Shown here in pieces: positions 19,341 to 29,346 of a stretch of 64,000 nt of DNA; the first letter of the stretch is position 1, and every line of letters begins with the position of its first letter. Both the position numbers and the translations under genes were made by a program. The stretch comes from Sedimentisphaerales bacterium. Its GTDB lineage: Bacteria; Planctomycetota; Phycisphaerae; Sedimentisphaerales; SM23-30. The notes below the pieces were generated by a model. It ran no database searches, was not told where the DNA came from, and worked only from the letters and a program-made list of their open reading frames with translations. Location: the NCBI GenBank assembly GCA_963662515.1, contig OY759675.1, forward strand, positions 773,473 through 837,472, written 5' to 3'.

Positions 19341-21334
19341 GTTCGGCAACTAGTATAAATGTGGTTGTTTCGGCTGATGGCAGTAAGGCAGTATTGCCCT
19401 TGCTTGCAGCTGAAAGTCCCGGCGGCATGCCAACCGATATGGACATGGTATTGGCAGCGCTGCGCGTTGACAATGTCGTTGCTCATATTGATAAAGATGC
19501 TATTGCCGCCGCTCTTGAACGAGCTGCTCAGACGCAGCGACCAGTGAATGATGTTGTTGCGGCTTATGCCCGTCTGGAACATGAGTTTCGGTTTTATGGT
19601 TATGAAAAGGGTATTGACACTCGCCAGTTGACTGATGAAATAAAGAATGCTCGTTTGGTTTATTCTCTGCTTTCAGGTGATCAGGAGGCAGAGCCGGCAA
19701 AAGCCCATTGGTGTGAGACTGGCAGATTATTGTATGAAGTTATATATGCAGACACTCAAAATATCTTTGGCGAAAAGCTGACTCGAAAGGCACTGCCCTT
19801 CGGACTGGGTGTTGGTAAGAATGTAGTAAATGATAAGACGGCGATAGGTTTCAGATATATATCTGATTCGCCGGGCTTTTTAGCTTTAGATGACCGCGAT
19901 GTAATGCATCTGGTGTCTCCTTTTGTTGTCTCAGAAGATAAAATGGTTATCTGGCTGCGGCTGGTACAGTTGCAAGACAAAAGTGCAATTGAGCTGGTAT
20001 TGAACGAGATCAGAAGATTGTATTCGCTGGTGATTTTGCCGCAGTGTCAGGAAGTTGGCCTGGAGGAAGCAATAGCTCAGGCAATAGAATTCTTTAACAG
20101 CGAGCAGGATTTCTTTGAATTGGTGGTGGCAAGGGGCCGCGATGTTGTGCCCGGTGAACCTGGTCGTATAGAATATCTGGTTAATCTTAATGGCAGGCCG
20201 CAGGATATTGATGCTCAGAGGGTCGATTACGGTGATTATACCCGATACTGTATGGTGCAGCAGGGTCAGGGGCTGGTTGAGATCATTCGTCCTGTACAAG
20301 GAGAAGCCGGCGTTGATGTTGTGGGTAATGTGATTGAGTGTGATCTGTTAGAAGAGCCTGTAATGAAAATTGCCGAATGCGTCGATGTTGATGAATCGGG
20401 TGGCCGAAAGTTGCTTCGTTCTGCAATGGATGGTTGTGTCTTTTTTGAAAAAGATTCTGTTAGGGTAACTGATACCGTTATTATCTCGGGTAATGTCGGA
20501 CCAGAAACAGGCAGTATAAAAAAGGGAGCCAGTTCGGTTATCGTCAAGGGTAATATACTCAGTGGCTATGCGGTTGAATCTGATAATTCAGTTATTATTG
20601 AAGGTAGTGTGGAAAATGGCGGACGGGTGAATTGCCGCCAGCTGGCAGTGCATAAAGGGGTATTTGGTAAAAAGAGCAGTGTTTATGTTACTGGCGATGC
20701 TGAGATCGGTTATATTCATGGTGGGGTGGTGCGGGTGCTGGGCAACCTTGTGGTATGTCGCTATTTAATGGAATCGGAAGTAACCTGTCGTGGGCAGCTT
20801 GTTGTGCAGGGGCAGGGGGCCAGCGGCAAGGAACGAGGTGCGGTTATTGGCGGCAATATCAGCGTGCTGGGCTCGGTTTTTCTTCATTCGGTGGGCAGTG
20901 GTTCAGAGCCGACCCGGGTCTGCTGCGGGATTGATGCTTATTTGTATAATAAGCTGCTTGTCTGCCGCAATATTATTTCTGGTCTGAATACTGAGGTTGT
21001 GCGTATGCAGCGCTCGATCGGGTTTAATCTGGGTAGTCCTGATGCGGTTAAGCGGCTTAAAAATATGTCAGCGGAGCAAAGGGAAGTTATTACTAGTAAA
21101 CTTGCCCAGATCAAGAAGATGCTGGTCCAGATCGACCAATATCAGCAGCAGATAAAAAAGGTTGAAGATAAAGCTCTGGCTCGCAATATGGCTGATCTGC
21201 GTTTGCAGGTTGAACGGCATGTTATTCCGCGTACTGTACTGGCTATCGGACTTGCCGAGATAGATATTACTACCCGCTTTAGCGGTATCTCAGCCCGCTT
21301 AAAAGAAAATGAAGTAGTGATCGAACCTATCTGA
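19337..21334 (+). CDS. DUF342/FapA-like protein
   Basis: 665 aa. The central region has Gly/Val-rich beta-helix-like repeats (GNVGPETGSI..VIVKGNILSGYAVESDNSVIIEGSVENGGRV..), followed by a C-terminal coiled coil. The start overlaps the upstream stop (ATGA). Confidence 0.6.
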   Translation: MSSATSINVVVSADGSKAVLPLLAAESPGGMPTDMDMVLAALRVDNVVAHIDKDAIAAALERAAQTQRPVNDVVAAYARLEHEFRFYGYEKGIDTRQLTDEIKNARLVYSLLSGDQEAEPAKAHWCETGRLLYEVIYADTQNIFGEKLTRKALPFGLGVGKNVVNDKTAIGFRYISDSPGFLALDDRDVMHLVSPFVVSEDKMVIWLRLVQLQDKSAIELVLNEIRRLYSLVILPQCQEVGLEEAIAQAIEFFNSEQDFFELVVARGRDVVPGEPGRIEYLVNLNGRPQDIDAQRVDYGDYTRYCMVQQGQGLVEIIRPVQGEAGVDVVGNVIECDLLEEPVMKIAECVDVDESGGRKLLRSAMDGCVFFEKDSVRVTDTVIISGNVGPETGSIKKGASSVIVKGNILSGYAVESDNSVIIEGSVENGGRVNCRQLAVHKGVFGKKSSVYVTGDAEIGYIHGGVVRVLGNLVVCRYLMESEVTCRGQLVVQGQGASGKERGAVIGGNISVLGSVFLHSVGSGSEPTRVCCGIDAYLYNKLLVCRNIISGLNTEVVRMQRSIGFNLGSPDAVKRLKNMSAEQREVITSKLAQIKKMLVQIDQYQQQIKKVEDKALARNMADLRLQVERHVIPRTVLAIGLAEIDITTRFSGISARLKENEVVIEPI

Positions 21335-21372
21335 ATCAGGGATTGATCACAAATATTTTAAGCCCCTGAGAC

Positions 21373-22320
21373 TTATTTCGGCGATGAGGCCAGTATATTC
21401 CAGGTCATTATGGCCAGGCCGGTCAGCAGTATGAGCAATCCCTCGATGCGTCCTATCCTGCGGTGTGTCCACATGCAAAATACTACCAGGGCGGTAAGTG
21501 GGACAAGCAGAGCGGCGGTAATATAGGCTGCTTTATCTACGGTCATGGGACTTATCATTACGGCAACGCCCAGTACGCCCAGAGTGTTGAAGAGATTGCT
21601 GCCGATAAGATTGCCTATAGATATGCCGTGATTTTTCTTTATGACCGCGGCTATCGATACCACCATTTCTGGCATTGAGGTCCCGGCGGCAACAACTGTC
21701 ATGCCAATTACCCATTCGCTCATACCAAAATAGCGGGCCAGTTCTACAGCGCCAAATACCAGAGCGTTACCGCCGGCTACTATGGTCAGAAGGGCAAATG
21801 CCAGTAAGAACCAATCGCTGGTTCGGGCGGGCTTATGCGGTATTTCATCATCTTCTACCAGGGTGGTATCTTTTTTGACTATAAGCCAGGTGAGATAGCC
21901 CAGCAGAGTGGTGAATAACACTATGCCTTCTATACGGGTCAGGCTCAGGTCGCGGAGCATAAAGGCTGACACCGCCGAAATAGCCAGTAAGATCAGGCCG
22001 TCTCGTTTTATGAGCGTGGGGCTTACCGCCAGCGGTGATAATAAGGCACAGCAGCCCAGAATGAAACCTATATTGAATATATTAGAGCCAACTACATTGG
22101 CAACAGAGACATTGTCGCTGCCGGAGATGGCGCCGGCTATAGTAACGGCGAATTCGGGAGCTGAGGTGCCAAAGGCTACTATGGTCAGGCCGATCACCAG
22201 GTCAGATATGCCGTACTTGCGGGCCAGACGGGCGGCGGAATCTACCAGCCAGTTTGCCCCCTGACCCAAGGCTATGCAACTTACCAGTATGATAGAAAAA
22301 TACAAAAATAACTGTTCCAT
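21373..22320 (-). CDS. Ca2+/Na+ antiporter (CaCA/YrbG family)
   Basis: Two alpha-repeat signatures, GTSAPE and GTSMPE, with about 10 TM segments. Confidence 0.85.
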   Translation of the reverse strand: MEQLFLYFSIILVSCIALGQGANWLVDSAARLARKYGISDLVIGLTIVAFGTSAPEFAVTIAGAISGSDNVSVANVVGSNIFNIGFILGCCALLSPLAVSPTLIKRDGLILLAISAVSAFMLRDLSLTRIEGIVLFTTLLGYLTWLIVKKDTTLVEDDEIPHKPARTSDWFLLAFALLTIVAGGNALVFGAVELARYFGMSEWVIGMTVVAAGTSMPEMVVSIAAVIKKNHGISIGNLIGSNLFNTLGVLGVAVMISPMTVDKAAYITAALLVPLTALVVFCMWTHRRIGRIEGLLILLTGLAIMTWNILASSPK

Positions 22321-22512
22321 TATATTCTCTCTGGCTTTACAGCCGCTCAAATCTTATCATTTATATTCATCTGCCCGGCATAAGCATATGCCTGACATTA
22401 TAATGCCATTATACTGACAGGCAGGAAAAAATAAATAAAGAAGTTGCAGCTCTATAGTCTTTATAGGAATAAGAGAAAATGGGAGGCGTTCCCTTTTAGT
22501 TTATTTTGAGGG

Positions 22513-22914
22513 TCAGCCTTTGGCTTTGGTGTACCAGTTATCATCTGAGGTATAATGTTTTACCTGCTCAAATAGTTTGCTGATCTGGTCGTATAGCATT
22601 TGGGCGTTATCGATCTTGCCTGCTTTGGCCTGAGTTTCTAATTGCAGTGCCAATATATGTATGGCTTCAATGCCGATATTGCCCGAAGTGCCCTTGATAG
22701 CATGTGCCAGCTCGCCTATTGACTGGGCATTGGCAGCGGCTACGGCATCGCCCAGTTTGCACAGGTTCTTTTCTATGCCGGTAAGACTTTCAGTGATTAT
22801 ATCCAGGATAAATTCATCTTCGATATCGTCGCCGATCCTCTCTATAATATCTCTGACATTAATGATCGGTTTATCAGTGCCGGTTTGTCTGTCTGTTTGT
22901 GTATCAGTCGTCAT
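22513..22914 (-). CDS. Hpt (histidine phosphotransfer) domain protein
   Basis: Contains the HAIKGTSGNIG motif in a four-helix-sized 133-aa protein. Confidence 0.8.
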   Translation of the reverse strand: MTTDTQTDRQTGTDKPIINVRDIIERIGDDIEDEFILDIITESLTGIEKNLCKLGDAVAAANAQSIGELAHAIKGTSGNIGIEAIHILALQLETQAKAGKIDNAQMLYDQISKLFEQVKHYTSDDNWYTKAKG

Positions 22915-22945
22915 GTCTATCCTCCGTTTTTTTTTGGTCTTTGGT

Positions 22946-25900
22946 TCAGATATGTGCTACCGTAATCCATTTATTTATACAATTTATTACTTTGTCTCGC
23001 TGGAGCGGCTTGGAAAGATAATCATTCATTCCGGCGTTAATGCAGTTTTTCCGGTCAGATTCAAAGGCATTTGCAGTCAGGGCGATAATAGGTATATCGA
23101 TTTCCAGTTCCCTTATCTTTCGCGTAGCCTCCAATCCGTCCATGACCGGCATTTGCATGTCCATGAGCACAACATCAAAAGTCTGCTGTTGCAGTTTCTC
23201 GATGGCTTCCTGACCATTGTGTGCTGTGTCGGTTTCGTATCCTGCCTTATTGAGTAGTTTAATAGTAAGTTTCAGGTTTACATCATCGTCATCGGCGATC
23301 AGCACTCGCACTGTTCTGCCGGGCAGGGCAGAGAGCTGCTGGTCATAGATCTGGTTGTCATTGCTTTGGTTGATATTGTTTTTAAGCTCCTGATCTGTAC
23401 CTAAAGGTAAAGTTACCAGAAAGAAAAACTTGCTGCCCTTGCCAACGGTGCTTTCCAGCAGCAGGTCAGAGTCCATCAGTTGTAAGATCCTTTTAGAAAT
23501 AGTCAGGCCCAGTCCGGTTCCGCCATACTTGCGTGTAGTTGAGCCATCGCCCTGGTTGAAGGCATCGTATATTTGTCTTTGTTTCTCAGGCGGAATGCCT
23601 ATGCCTGTGTCGCTGATCGCTATTTCCAGCATTGCGTCTTTGTCATCGCAATTTATGCACTCTATAGTTAATTCTATTTTGCCTTTCTCGGTAAACTTAG
23701 CGGCATTTCCCAGCAGGTTTAAGAGTACCTGCTGCATTCGATGTGGGTCGCCCTTAAGCCAGTGTGGTACATTTTCCTGAATATTACAGATCAGTTCTGT
23801 TTCAGGTTTTACTTTGGGCCTGATAATATTGCAGATGTCGTTAGTCATTTGCCAGATATCAAAGTCAATATTTTCAATATTCATTTTTCCTGCTTCGATC
23901 TTGGACAGGTCAAGAATGTCGTTGATAAGTGTCAGCAGGCTGTTACCGCTGCGGTTAATGGTCTGTACAATATCTCGCTGGTCTTCGGTCAGCTCACCTT
24001 CCATAAGCATGTCGCTGAAACCTAAAATGCTGTTCATAGGTGTGCGTATCTCATGGCTCATATTAGCCAGAAATTCGCTCTTGGTCTTATTGGCAATTTC
24101 TGCCATTTCAGCCAGTTGGTTGGCTCTGACATTGGCCTCTTCCAGTTTACTGATAGTTTCTTTCAGGTTCAGTTCAATATTCTTAGTGCGGGTAATGTCC
24201 AGGCTGGTCCCGATTATAGCTATGGGCTTACCGTTAGTATCCTTTTGTAATTGTGCCAGTGAATGGATATGTCTTACTACGCCATTGGCCCAGATTATCC
24301 GGAATTCAAAGTTTAGTTCTTTGACATCATTCAGGGTCATCTGGAACTGGTTATAATATTCCTGGCGGTCATCTGGATGTATGTATGACATCCACGAATT
24401 ATACTTGCCGTCGAATTGACCATCTTTGAATCCATAGAGCCGGCCCAATTGATTGTCTGCGGTGAATTTATTGGCGGCAATATCGTAGGACCAGATGCCT
24501 ACGCGTCCCGCTTTAGTCGCCATGGTAAGGTTATTAACGGCATTAGCCAATTCTGTTTCGGTTTTCTTTTGCTCACTGACATCAACAAAACATTCCAGTA
24601 ATTTTTCCTGACCGTTAAGAGATATTTTTTTAACAGTTTTCAATACAGGTATCTTACTGCCATCAGCCCGCATCATTTCCCGGTCTGAATTGTCGATCTC
24701 CTCGTTCAGGTCGATGATAGGGCATTTGTCTTTATCTGCCGGGCAGAGCAGCTTGTGGCATTTTTTGCCGATAAGATCATTTGCCGGGGCTCCAAATAAT
24801 ACAGAGACATGCGGGTTAATACTTTCTATCTTTTTGGTTACAGGGTCAATGATCGCCACGCCAATAGGCAGGCTTTCCATCAGTGATTTTTGCAATAGTT
24901 CACTGGCTTGCAGTTTGGCTGTTCGCTCGCTGATAAGGTTTTCGAGTTCCAGTCTGCGATGTTGTATTGAGCCGGCTATACTGACCAGGGCCACTGTTAG
25001 TATAATACCAATTATGATAGAATAGCGGAGAGCCCTTCTGGGGTAGAGAATGTCAAAGGTCTGGTCGCTATAAACCTTTACAAAATAACATCTGCCTAAT
25101 ACATATATTGGGCATGATATGCTAAGTTCAGTTTGTGGAGTATTGGCTTTGTCCCAGGACACCGCTACAGTCTGAACTGGCGTTTCTCTGGTCAGGGTAG
25201 ATAATTCAATGAGAGAAGAGTTATCTGGTGCAATTTGCTTTAGAAATGAAGACATTCTCAGCACGGCCATGGCAAAGCCTCTCAGCTCGTTTTGATTATT
25301 CTGCCTGTAGATCGGTCTGAGTATGAGTAAGCCTTTGGGGTCTTGCTCTCCTTGTAATAGTGTTACAGGTTCAGTGCAGGTACTAAGCCGGGTACGGATA
25401 GCTTCTTCAATGCCTCTGTGTCTGACCGATTCAGAGCCTATATCGAAGCCTCGGGCCATTTCATTAGTGTTACCCGGTGTTACCAGATAAATAGGGTAAT
25501 ATACCTCTCGGCCGATGGCTGGCTGGCGAAAGCCATTTTCATCTTTATGCCAGATGTTATAATTTGTTAACCCGGCGTTTCTTGCCTTCTGCTCGAATTC
25601 TATCTTGTTTTCGCTTTTTACTGCCGTAATCCATTCCCATCCCTGAATAGCCTTATTGGAAGTGAGGAATGAAGTGAAATTCAGAAATTCGTCATTGGTT
25701 ATATCTTCTCTGCTCTCCAGGAATTTTGCCAGGCTTTCAAGCTCTGTTTTTTGCAGATCATCAAAAGCGTCAATGACCGCTTCGGTTCTGGTACTGGCAA
25801 CATGGTTAAACGCATGGTGTCTGGCGTGTCTTTCGCTTTCTGTCATGCTCCAGGCAATATAGAGTGTGATCGTTATACCGATAACGGCAATGAGGCAAGG

Positions 25901-26596
25901 TTCAATATAGTATTGCCATCTGTTATTATCAAATATGCTTTTGTGCCTTGATGTCAGTATGAGCCAGAGGGTATAGATCAGCAGCAGTGCCAGGGCTAAT
26001 ATGAGCGGTGGTATAGCTGCTTTGGCCAGTTTCCTGTTCCATTGGCCTGCATCGGTATCAACTGCCAGAACTACCTGGGCGTTTTGATCGATGCTGTATA
26101 GCATAGGTATGGCCACTCCGACGAATTTTCCCCAGCGGTCAGTATATGGCCCTTCGATCTGGGCTATGCCGGTTGCGAACGCCTGTTTAAAACCCTGTGG
26201 TATATCTTTATAAACATCCCCGGCTAGTACCTCCTCTAATGAACCTTCCGGCTCGTTACAGACATAAAAGACGACAGAGTCGTCGTTTCTTTTGCCCATA
26301 AGATAGATGAAGCGGTATTTACTGTTGCTGGCCTTTAATGCCCCAAAATATTCCTTGAGCCTTTGGTATTCAGGCTTTTTAAGATCCTGTTTTGTACCTG
26401 TCAGTGTTTTAATGTCATTGAGATTTAATGACTTTGCAATAAGGCGGGCATCGTCAAGCAGGTCGGCACGCATGGTGTGGTTAGTACGAACGATCTCCCA
26501 CATAGTCAGTATTAAGATGCCGACTAAAATAAACGCAAGGACGGCCAGCGTTCGCCGGTTTCCCTTTGAATGAGAGTGCGGATTTGTTGTATCCAT
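22946..26596 (-). CDS. hybrid sensor histidine kinase/response regulator (CHASE + PAS x2 + HisKA + HATPase + REC)
   Basis: 1216 aa. It has a CHASE-like extracytoplasmic domain between TM segments and PAS regions, one of which carries CHKLLCPADKDKC. Other motifs are H-box FLANMSHEIRTPMN, G2 GGTGLGLTIS and REC DVVLMDMQMPVMDG. Confidence 0.9.
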   Translation of the reverse strand: MDTTNPHSHSKGNRRTLAVLAFILVGILILTMWEIVRTNHTMRADLLDDARLIAKSLNLNDIKTLTGTKQDLKKPEYQRLKEYFGALKASNSKYRFIYLMGKRNDDSVVFYVCNEPEGSLEEVLAGDVYKDIPQGFKQAFATGIAQIEGPYTDRWGKFVGVAIPMLYSIDQNAQVVLAVDTDAGQWNRKLAKAAIPPLILALALLLIYTLWLILTSRHKSIFDNNRWQYYIEPCLIAVIGITITLYIAWSMTESERHARHHAFNHVASTRTEAVIDAFDDLQKTELESLAKFLESREDITNDEFLNFTSFLTSNKAIQGWEWITAVKSENKIEFEQKARNAGLTNYNIWHKDENGFRQPAIGREVYYPIYLVTPGNTNEMARGFDIGSESVRHRGIEEAIRTRLSTCTEPVTLLQGEQDPKGLLILRPIYRQNNQNELRGFAMAVLRMSSFLKQIAPDNSSLIELSTLTRETPVQTVAVSWDKANTPQTELSISCPIYVLGRCYFVKVYSDQTFDILYPRRALRYSIIIGIILTVALVSIAGSIQHRRLELENLISERTAKLQASELLQKSLMESLPIGVAIIDPVTKKIESINPHVSVLFGAPANDLIGKKCHKLLCPADKDKCPIIDLNEEIDNSDREMMRADGSKIPVLKTVKKISLNGQEKLLECFVDVSEQKKTETELANAVNNLTMATKAGRVGIWSYDIAANKFTADNQLGRLYGFKDGQFDGKYNSWMSYIHPDDRQEYYNQFQMTLNDVKELNFEFRIIWANGVVRHIHSLAQLQKDTNGKPIAIIGTSLDITRTKNIELNLKETISKLEEANVRANQLAEMAEIANKTKSEFLANMSHEIRTPMNSILGFSDMLMEGELTEDQRDIVQTINRSGNSLLTLINDILDLSKIEAGKMNIENIDFDIWQMTNDICNIIRPKVKPETELICNIQENVPHWLKGDPHRMQQVLLNLLGNAAKFTEKGKIELTIECINCDDKDAMLEIAISDTGIGIPPEKQRQIYDAFNQGDGSTTRKYGGTGLGLTISKRILQLMDSDLLLESTVGKGSKFFFLVTLPLGTDQELKNNINQSNDNQIYDQQLSALPGRTVRVLIADDDDVNLKLTIKLLNKAGYETDTAHNGQEAIEKLQQQTFDVVLMDMQMPVMDGLEATRKIRELEIDIPIIALTANAFESDRKNCINAGMNDYLSKPLQRDKVINCINKWITVAHI

Positions 26597-26665
26597 GTTT
26601 TGCGTCTGCTGTTTTAGGGGTTGGTCTGAATAATCTGGTTGCTGTGTCTGTATGGTGAAATCAGA

Positions 26666-27073
26666 TCAACCGGCATTGACAGTGAGCAGGCCAAGCTCCT
26701 GTACCTTATTCAGTAGTTTGTCTTTGTCCAGTGGTTTGACCAGATATTCTTCGCAGCCTGCCTTAAACGCGCCAAAGACATTTACCGGGTCATTCATCGC
26801 TGTGGTCATGATGATCTTAACCTGTTTTTTATAGTCGATCTTATGCTGCTCTTCATAGCGTCTTATTTGTTGCAGGGTTTCATGGCCGTTTTGGTTGGGC
26901 ATGCTGATGTCCAGGCAGATCAGGTCATAAGGCATACCTAATATGTGGGCATCAGCGAACTTGTCGTATCCTTCCTGGCCATCACAGGCAAAATCACATT
27001 CGGAAATTCCCTTGAGAATACCAGAGATCAGCATACAAGTACCTTTGTCATCGTCGATTATAAGTGTTTTCAT
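26666..27073 (-). CDS. single-domain response regulator (REC only)
   Basis: 135 aa with IIDDD, LICLDISMPNQNG and a conserved Lys (YLVKP). Confidence 0.85.
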   Translation of the reverse strand: MKTLIIDDDKGTCMLISGILKGISECDFACDGQEGYDKFADAHILGMPYDLICLDISMPNQNGHETLQQIRRYEEQHKIDYKKQVKIIMTTAMNDPVNVFGAFKAGCEEYLVKPLDKDKLLNKVQELGLLTVNAG

Positions 27074-27301
27074 TTTTTCCCCAGTCTGATCTTATATCAG
27101 CTTTGAATGTTGTCTAAAAACTACGCCAGTCTGTATATCGGTAAAACAACTACCCTGACTTATTGGCTGGCTTATTGTTTCATGTAGATATATATTTTTT
27201 TTGGGGCGGTTGGTCATAACGCCATTCAAACCAGTCTTTTATATCAGGTAAGAAATTGTCAGTGAGTAAGTTTTAAGTTGCCAGTTTGTGTTATGCGGAC
27301 C

Positions 27302-27919
27302 TTAGAGTGTTTTTACGGCATTTGCATAGTATTGGCAGGCGACTTCTGGCGGTGGTACGATCTGGCCGGTTTTCAGTTTGTATCTCACTATCGGGTAGCG
27401 ATTGGCCAGGGTGCGATAATCGGTACGGGCGGCCATTGCCAGTTGTTGATATTCTTCTTTGCCAGTGTGTTTGTGCATGAAGGTAAAGGCTTCTTCCAAT
27501 TGCCCGCTATGCAGCAATCTGAAGTATGTCTGCCAGTTCTGGGGCAGGCCGCAATATGGGGCGGTCTGGCTGGTTATGCCCATGGATGCCAGAAAGGCAA
27601 TTGCTGCGGTGCCGTACATGCAGTGCATAATGTCGTTAATGGCCCGGTCCCAGCCATCGGCTTCAATAGCACAGAAGATAATATCAACGGCCCGTTTGCT
27701 CTTATTGTTGTCGCGGTTGGGCATAAACTTAAAGAGTGAGATAATACCGCTGGGCCGAAATACATTTTGCTGGCGATAAGCAGATATGATCTTGTCGAAC
27801 TCCTGTGGTGTTATTTTGTGGCTCTGGCAGTAAGTGATGATCTCTTCGAGTATGCCCGGCGTGTCGCTATAGTTCCAGCCAAAGGCCCGTAATTTTGCAG
27901 TTATATATGTGGCTATCAT
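27302..27919 (-). CDS. hypothetical protein (possible mobile-element remnant)
   Basis: 205-aa ORF whose start overlaps the upstream stop (ATGA). No motif was recognised. Confidence 0.5.
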   Translation of the reverse strand: MIATYITAKLRAFGWNYSDTPGILEEIITYCQSHKITPQEFDKIISAYRQQNVFRPSGIISLFKFMPNRDNNKSKRAVDIIFCAIEADGWDRAINDIMHCMYGTAAIAFLASMGITSQTAPYCGLPQNWQTYFRLLHSGQLEEAFTFMHKHTGKEEYQQLAMAARTDYRTLANRYPIVRYKLKTGQIVPPPEVACQYYANAVKTL

Positions 27920-28470
27920 CTTGCACCTCCTGTAATCTGATTTTGAAATTGCATAGAGAGCTGGTTCATCTGCTGACGATATCTGATGAGAAAGTCAGGT
28001 ATCGCCGGGCTGTTGGAATTGCTGTTTTTATCGCTTAAAATTGAATGTGTGTGTTTATATTCATTTATTCTTTTATTATTTATATTATGTGGTGGGGTTT
28101 CGCCGCCTGTAGCAGGTGGCATCTGGTCACCTCTGGCCGGTGGCATTTGCCCACCTGCCCGCGGAGTGGTTTTGGGGGCTTGGGTCGCTGGCGGCAGAGC
28201 TGTCAGCAGGTCAATTACTTTAGCTGTAACATTAAGAACCCGTCGTGGTTTTGTTCCGCTATTGACCAGCAGATTTTTTGTTCGCAGACGAGACAGGGCC
28301 ATGACAATGGTCTTGCGATTAGTGTGCAGCAGGCTGGCCAGTTGCTCATTACTCTGACGCAGGCCATCAGGCAGGGCCCCTGCCAGAGCCAATATCTGCA
28401 TTTCATACACCGACTTGATATGCAGGCTGTTGAGACTAAGCGGAAAGGTGCAGTAGGATAATTCATTCAT
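27916..28470 (-). CDS. winged-helix/HTH protein with Pro-rich repeat linker
   Basis: Contains LRQSNEQLASLLHTNRKTIVMALSRLRTKNLLV (HTH-like), followed by GGQMPPARGDQMPPATGGETPP. This resembles phage/plasmid replication or regulatory HTH proteins, but the assignment is uncertain. Confidence 0.5.
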   Translation of the reverse strand: MNELSYCTFPLSLNSLHIKSVYEMQILALAGALPDGLRQSNEQLASLLHTNRKTIVMALSRLRTKNLLVNSGTKPRRVLNVTAKVIDLLTALPPATQAPKTTPRAGGQMPPARGDQMPPATGGETPPHNINNKRINEYKHTHSILSDKNSNSNSPAIPDFLIRYRQQMNQLSMQFQNQITGGAR

Positions 28471-29346
28471 TTTTTCATCTCCGTTATATGGTTGTTGATA
28501 TAACGCCCCAGGGCGGTTTTTCCAGGTGTCACATTAACACCTCACGCACTTACACCCACTGGCTGGATACTGAGATGGGATAAGGAGATGAAAATGCTTG
28601 TATTTATTTCCTAACTGTTTGTAAATAAAGGTGATAAAAAATATTATTATTTCAGTAATTCCTTCCCCGCTGGCTGGAAAGTGCGCTGATTTTTATTGTG
28701 GGGAGTAATGGTTACTGCCTGTTTAGCGACTTTGGAAAGGATTGTTTTCACGGGTCGTCTGTTTTTTTGATATACCTGATAAAAGAGATATTGGCTTCAC
28801 ATTTTTCAATAATATGCTTGAATCGAAATCGGAAAAATGTAATAATGCAGACTAAACAATTTAATGATTGTACCGTTTTTTGGATGTTATACAGGAAATC
28901 ACTACTCCTATCGAATAGTAACATCAGGCGGCACTCTCACAGCCATTGTATTTATACAGGGGTTGCTGAGGGTGCTATGCTTTGTTGTGTTCTATTCGGG
29001 TTTGTAGTGAACCTCCTGTAAGCATAACGGCGTAGCGCCCTTGCTGACCTCTGTTTTTTTTATGCGCGGTGGGTTAATTCGGGTGATTTAGGCCGAGTGA
29101 TAGGCGTTTGTTTTACAAAATAAGTTTTTTCTTATGGGCGATTGGTTATGGTACCTGTATAATCTGGTGAGGTTGTTATACATTTAATATAGACACTCAA
29201 TTTTGGCTCGGTATGGTTTTGTTCCGGCTCACCTCCCATTGGGTCAGATAAGGCCATATCAACTTTATTTAATGTCTGGGTAATTAGGCATTTCGGCGTT
29301 GGGCCGGGGTGTTATTGATAGTTTCATTTTATGGTAAGGAGTCTTT

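Noticed and set aside
22661-26573. Numerous plus-strand ORFs of 60-198 aa inside the hybrid kinase/Hpt region (for example 22661-23257 and 23814-24356).
   Set aside because: These are shadow ORFs antisense to a 1216-aa gene with unmistakable kinase motifs. Their sequences are low-complexity and Ser/Leu/Ile-rich, with no RBS or motifs.
28698-29021. 107-aa ORF in the long non-coding stretch upstream of the 947-aa gene.
   Set aside because: It has a non-ATG start, no RBS and AT-rich low-complexity sequence rich in Phe, Leu and Cys. It is probably not coding. I kept the region only as part of the non-coding-region finding.
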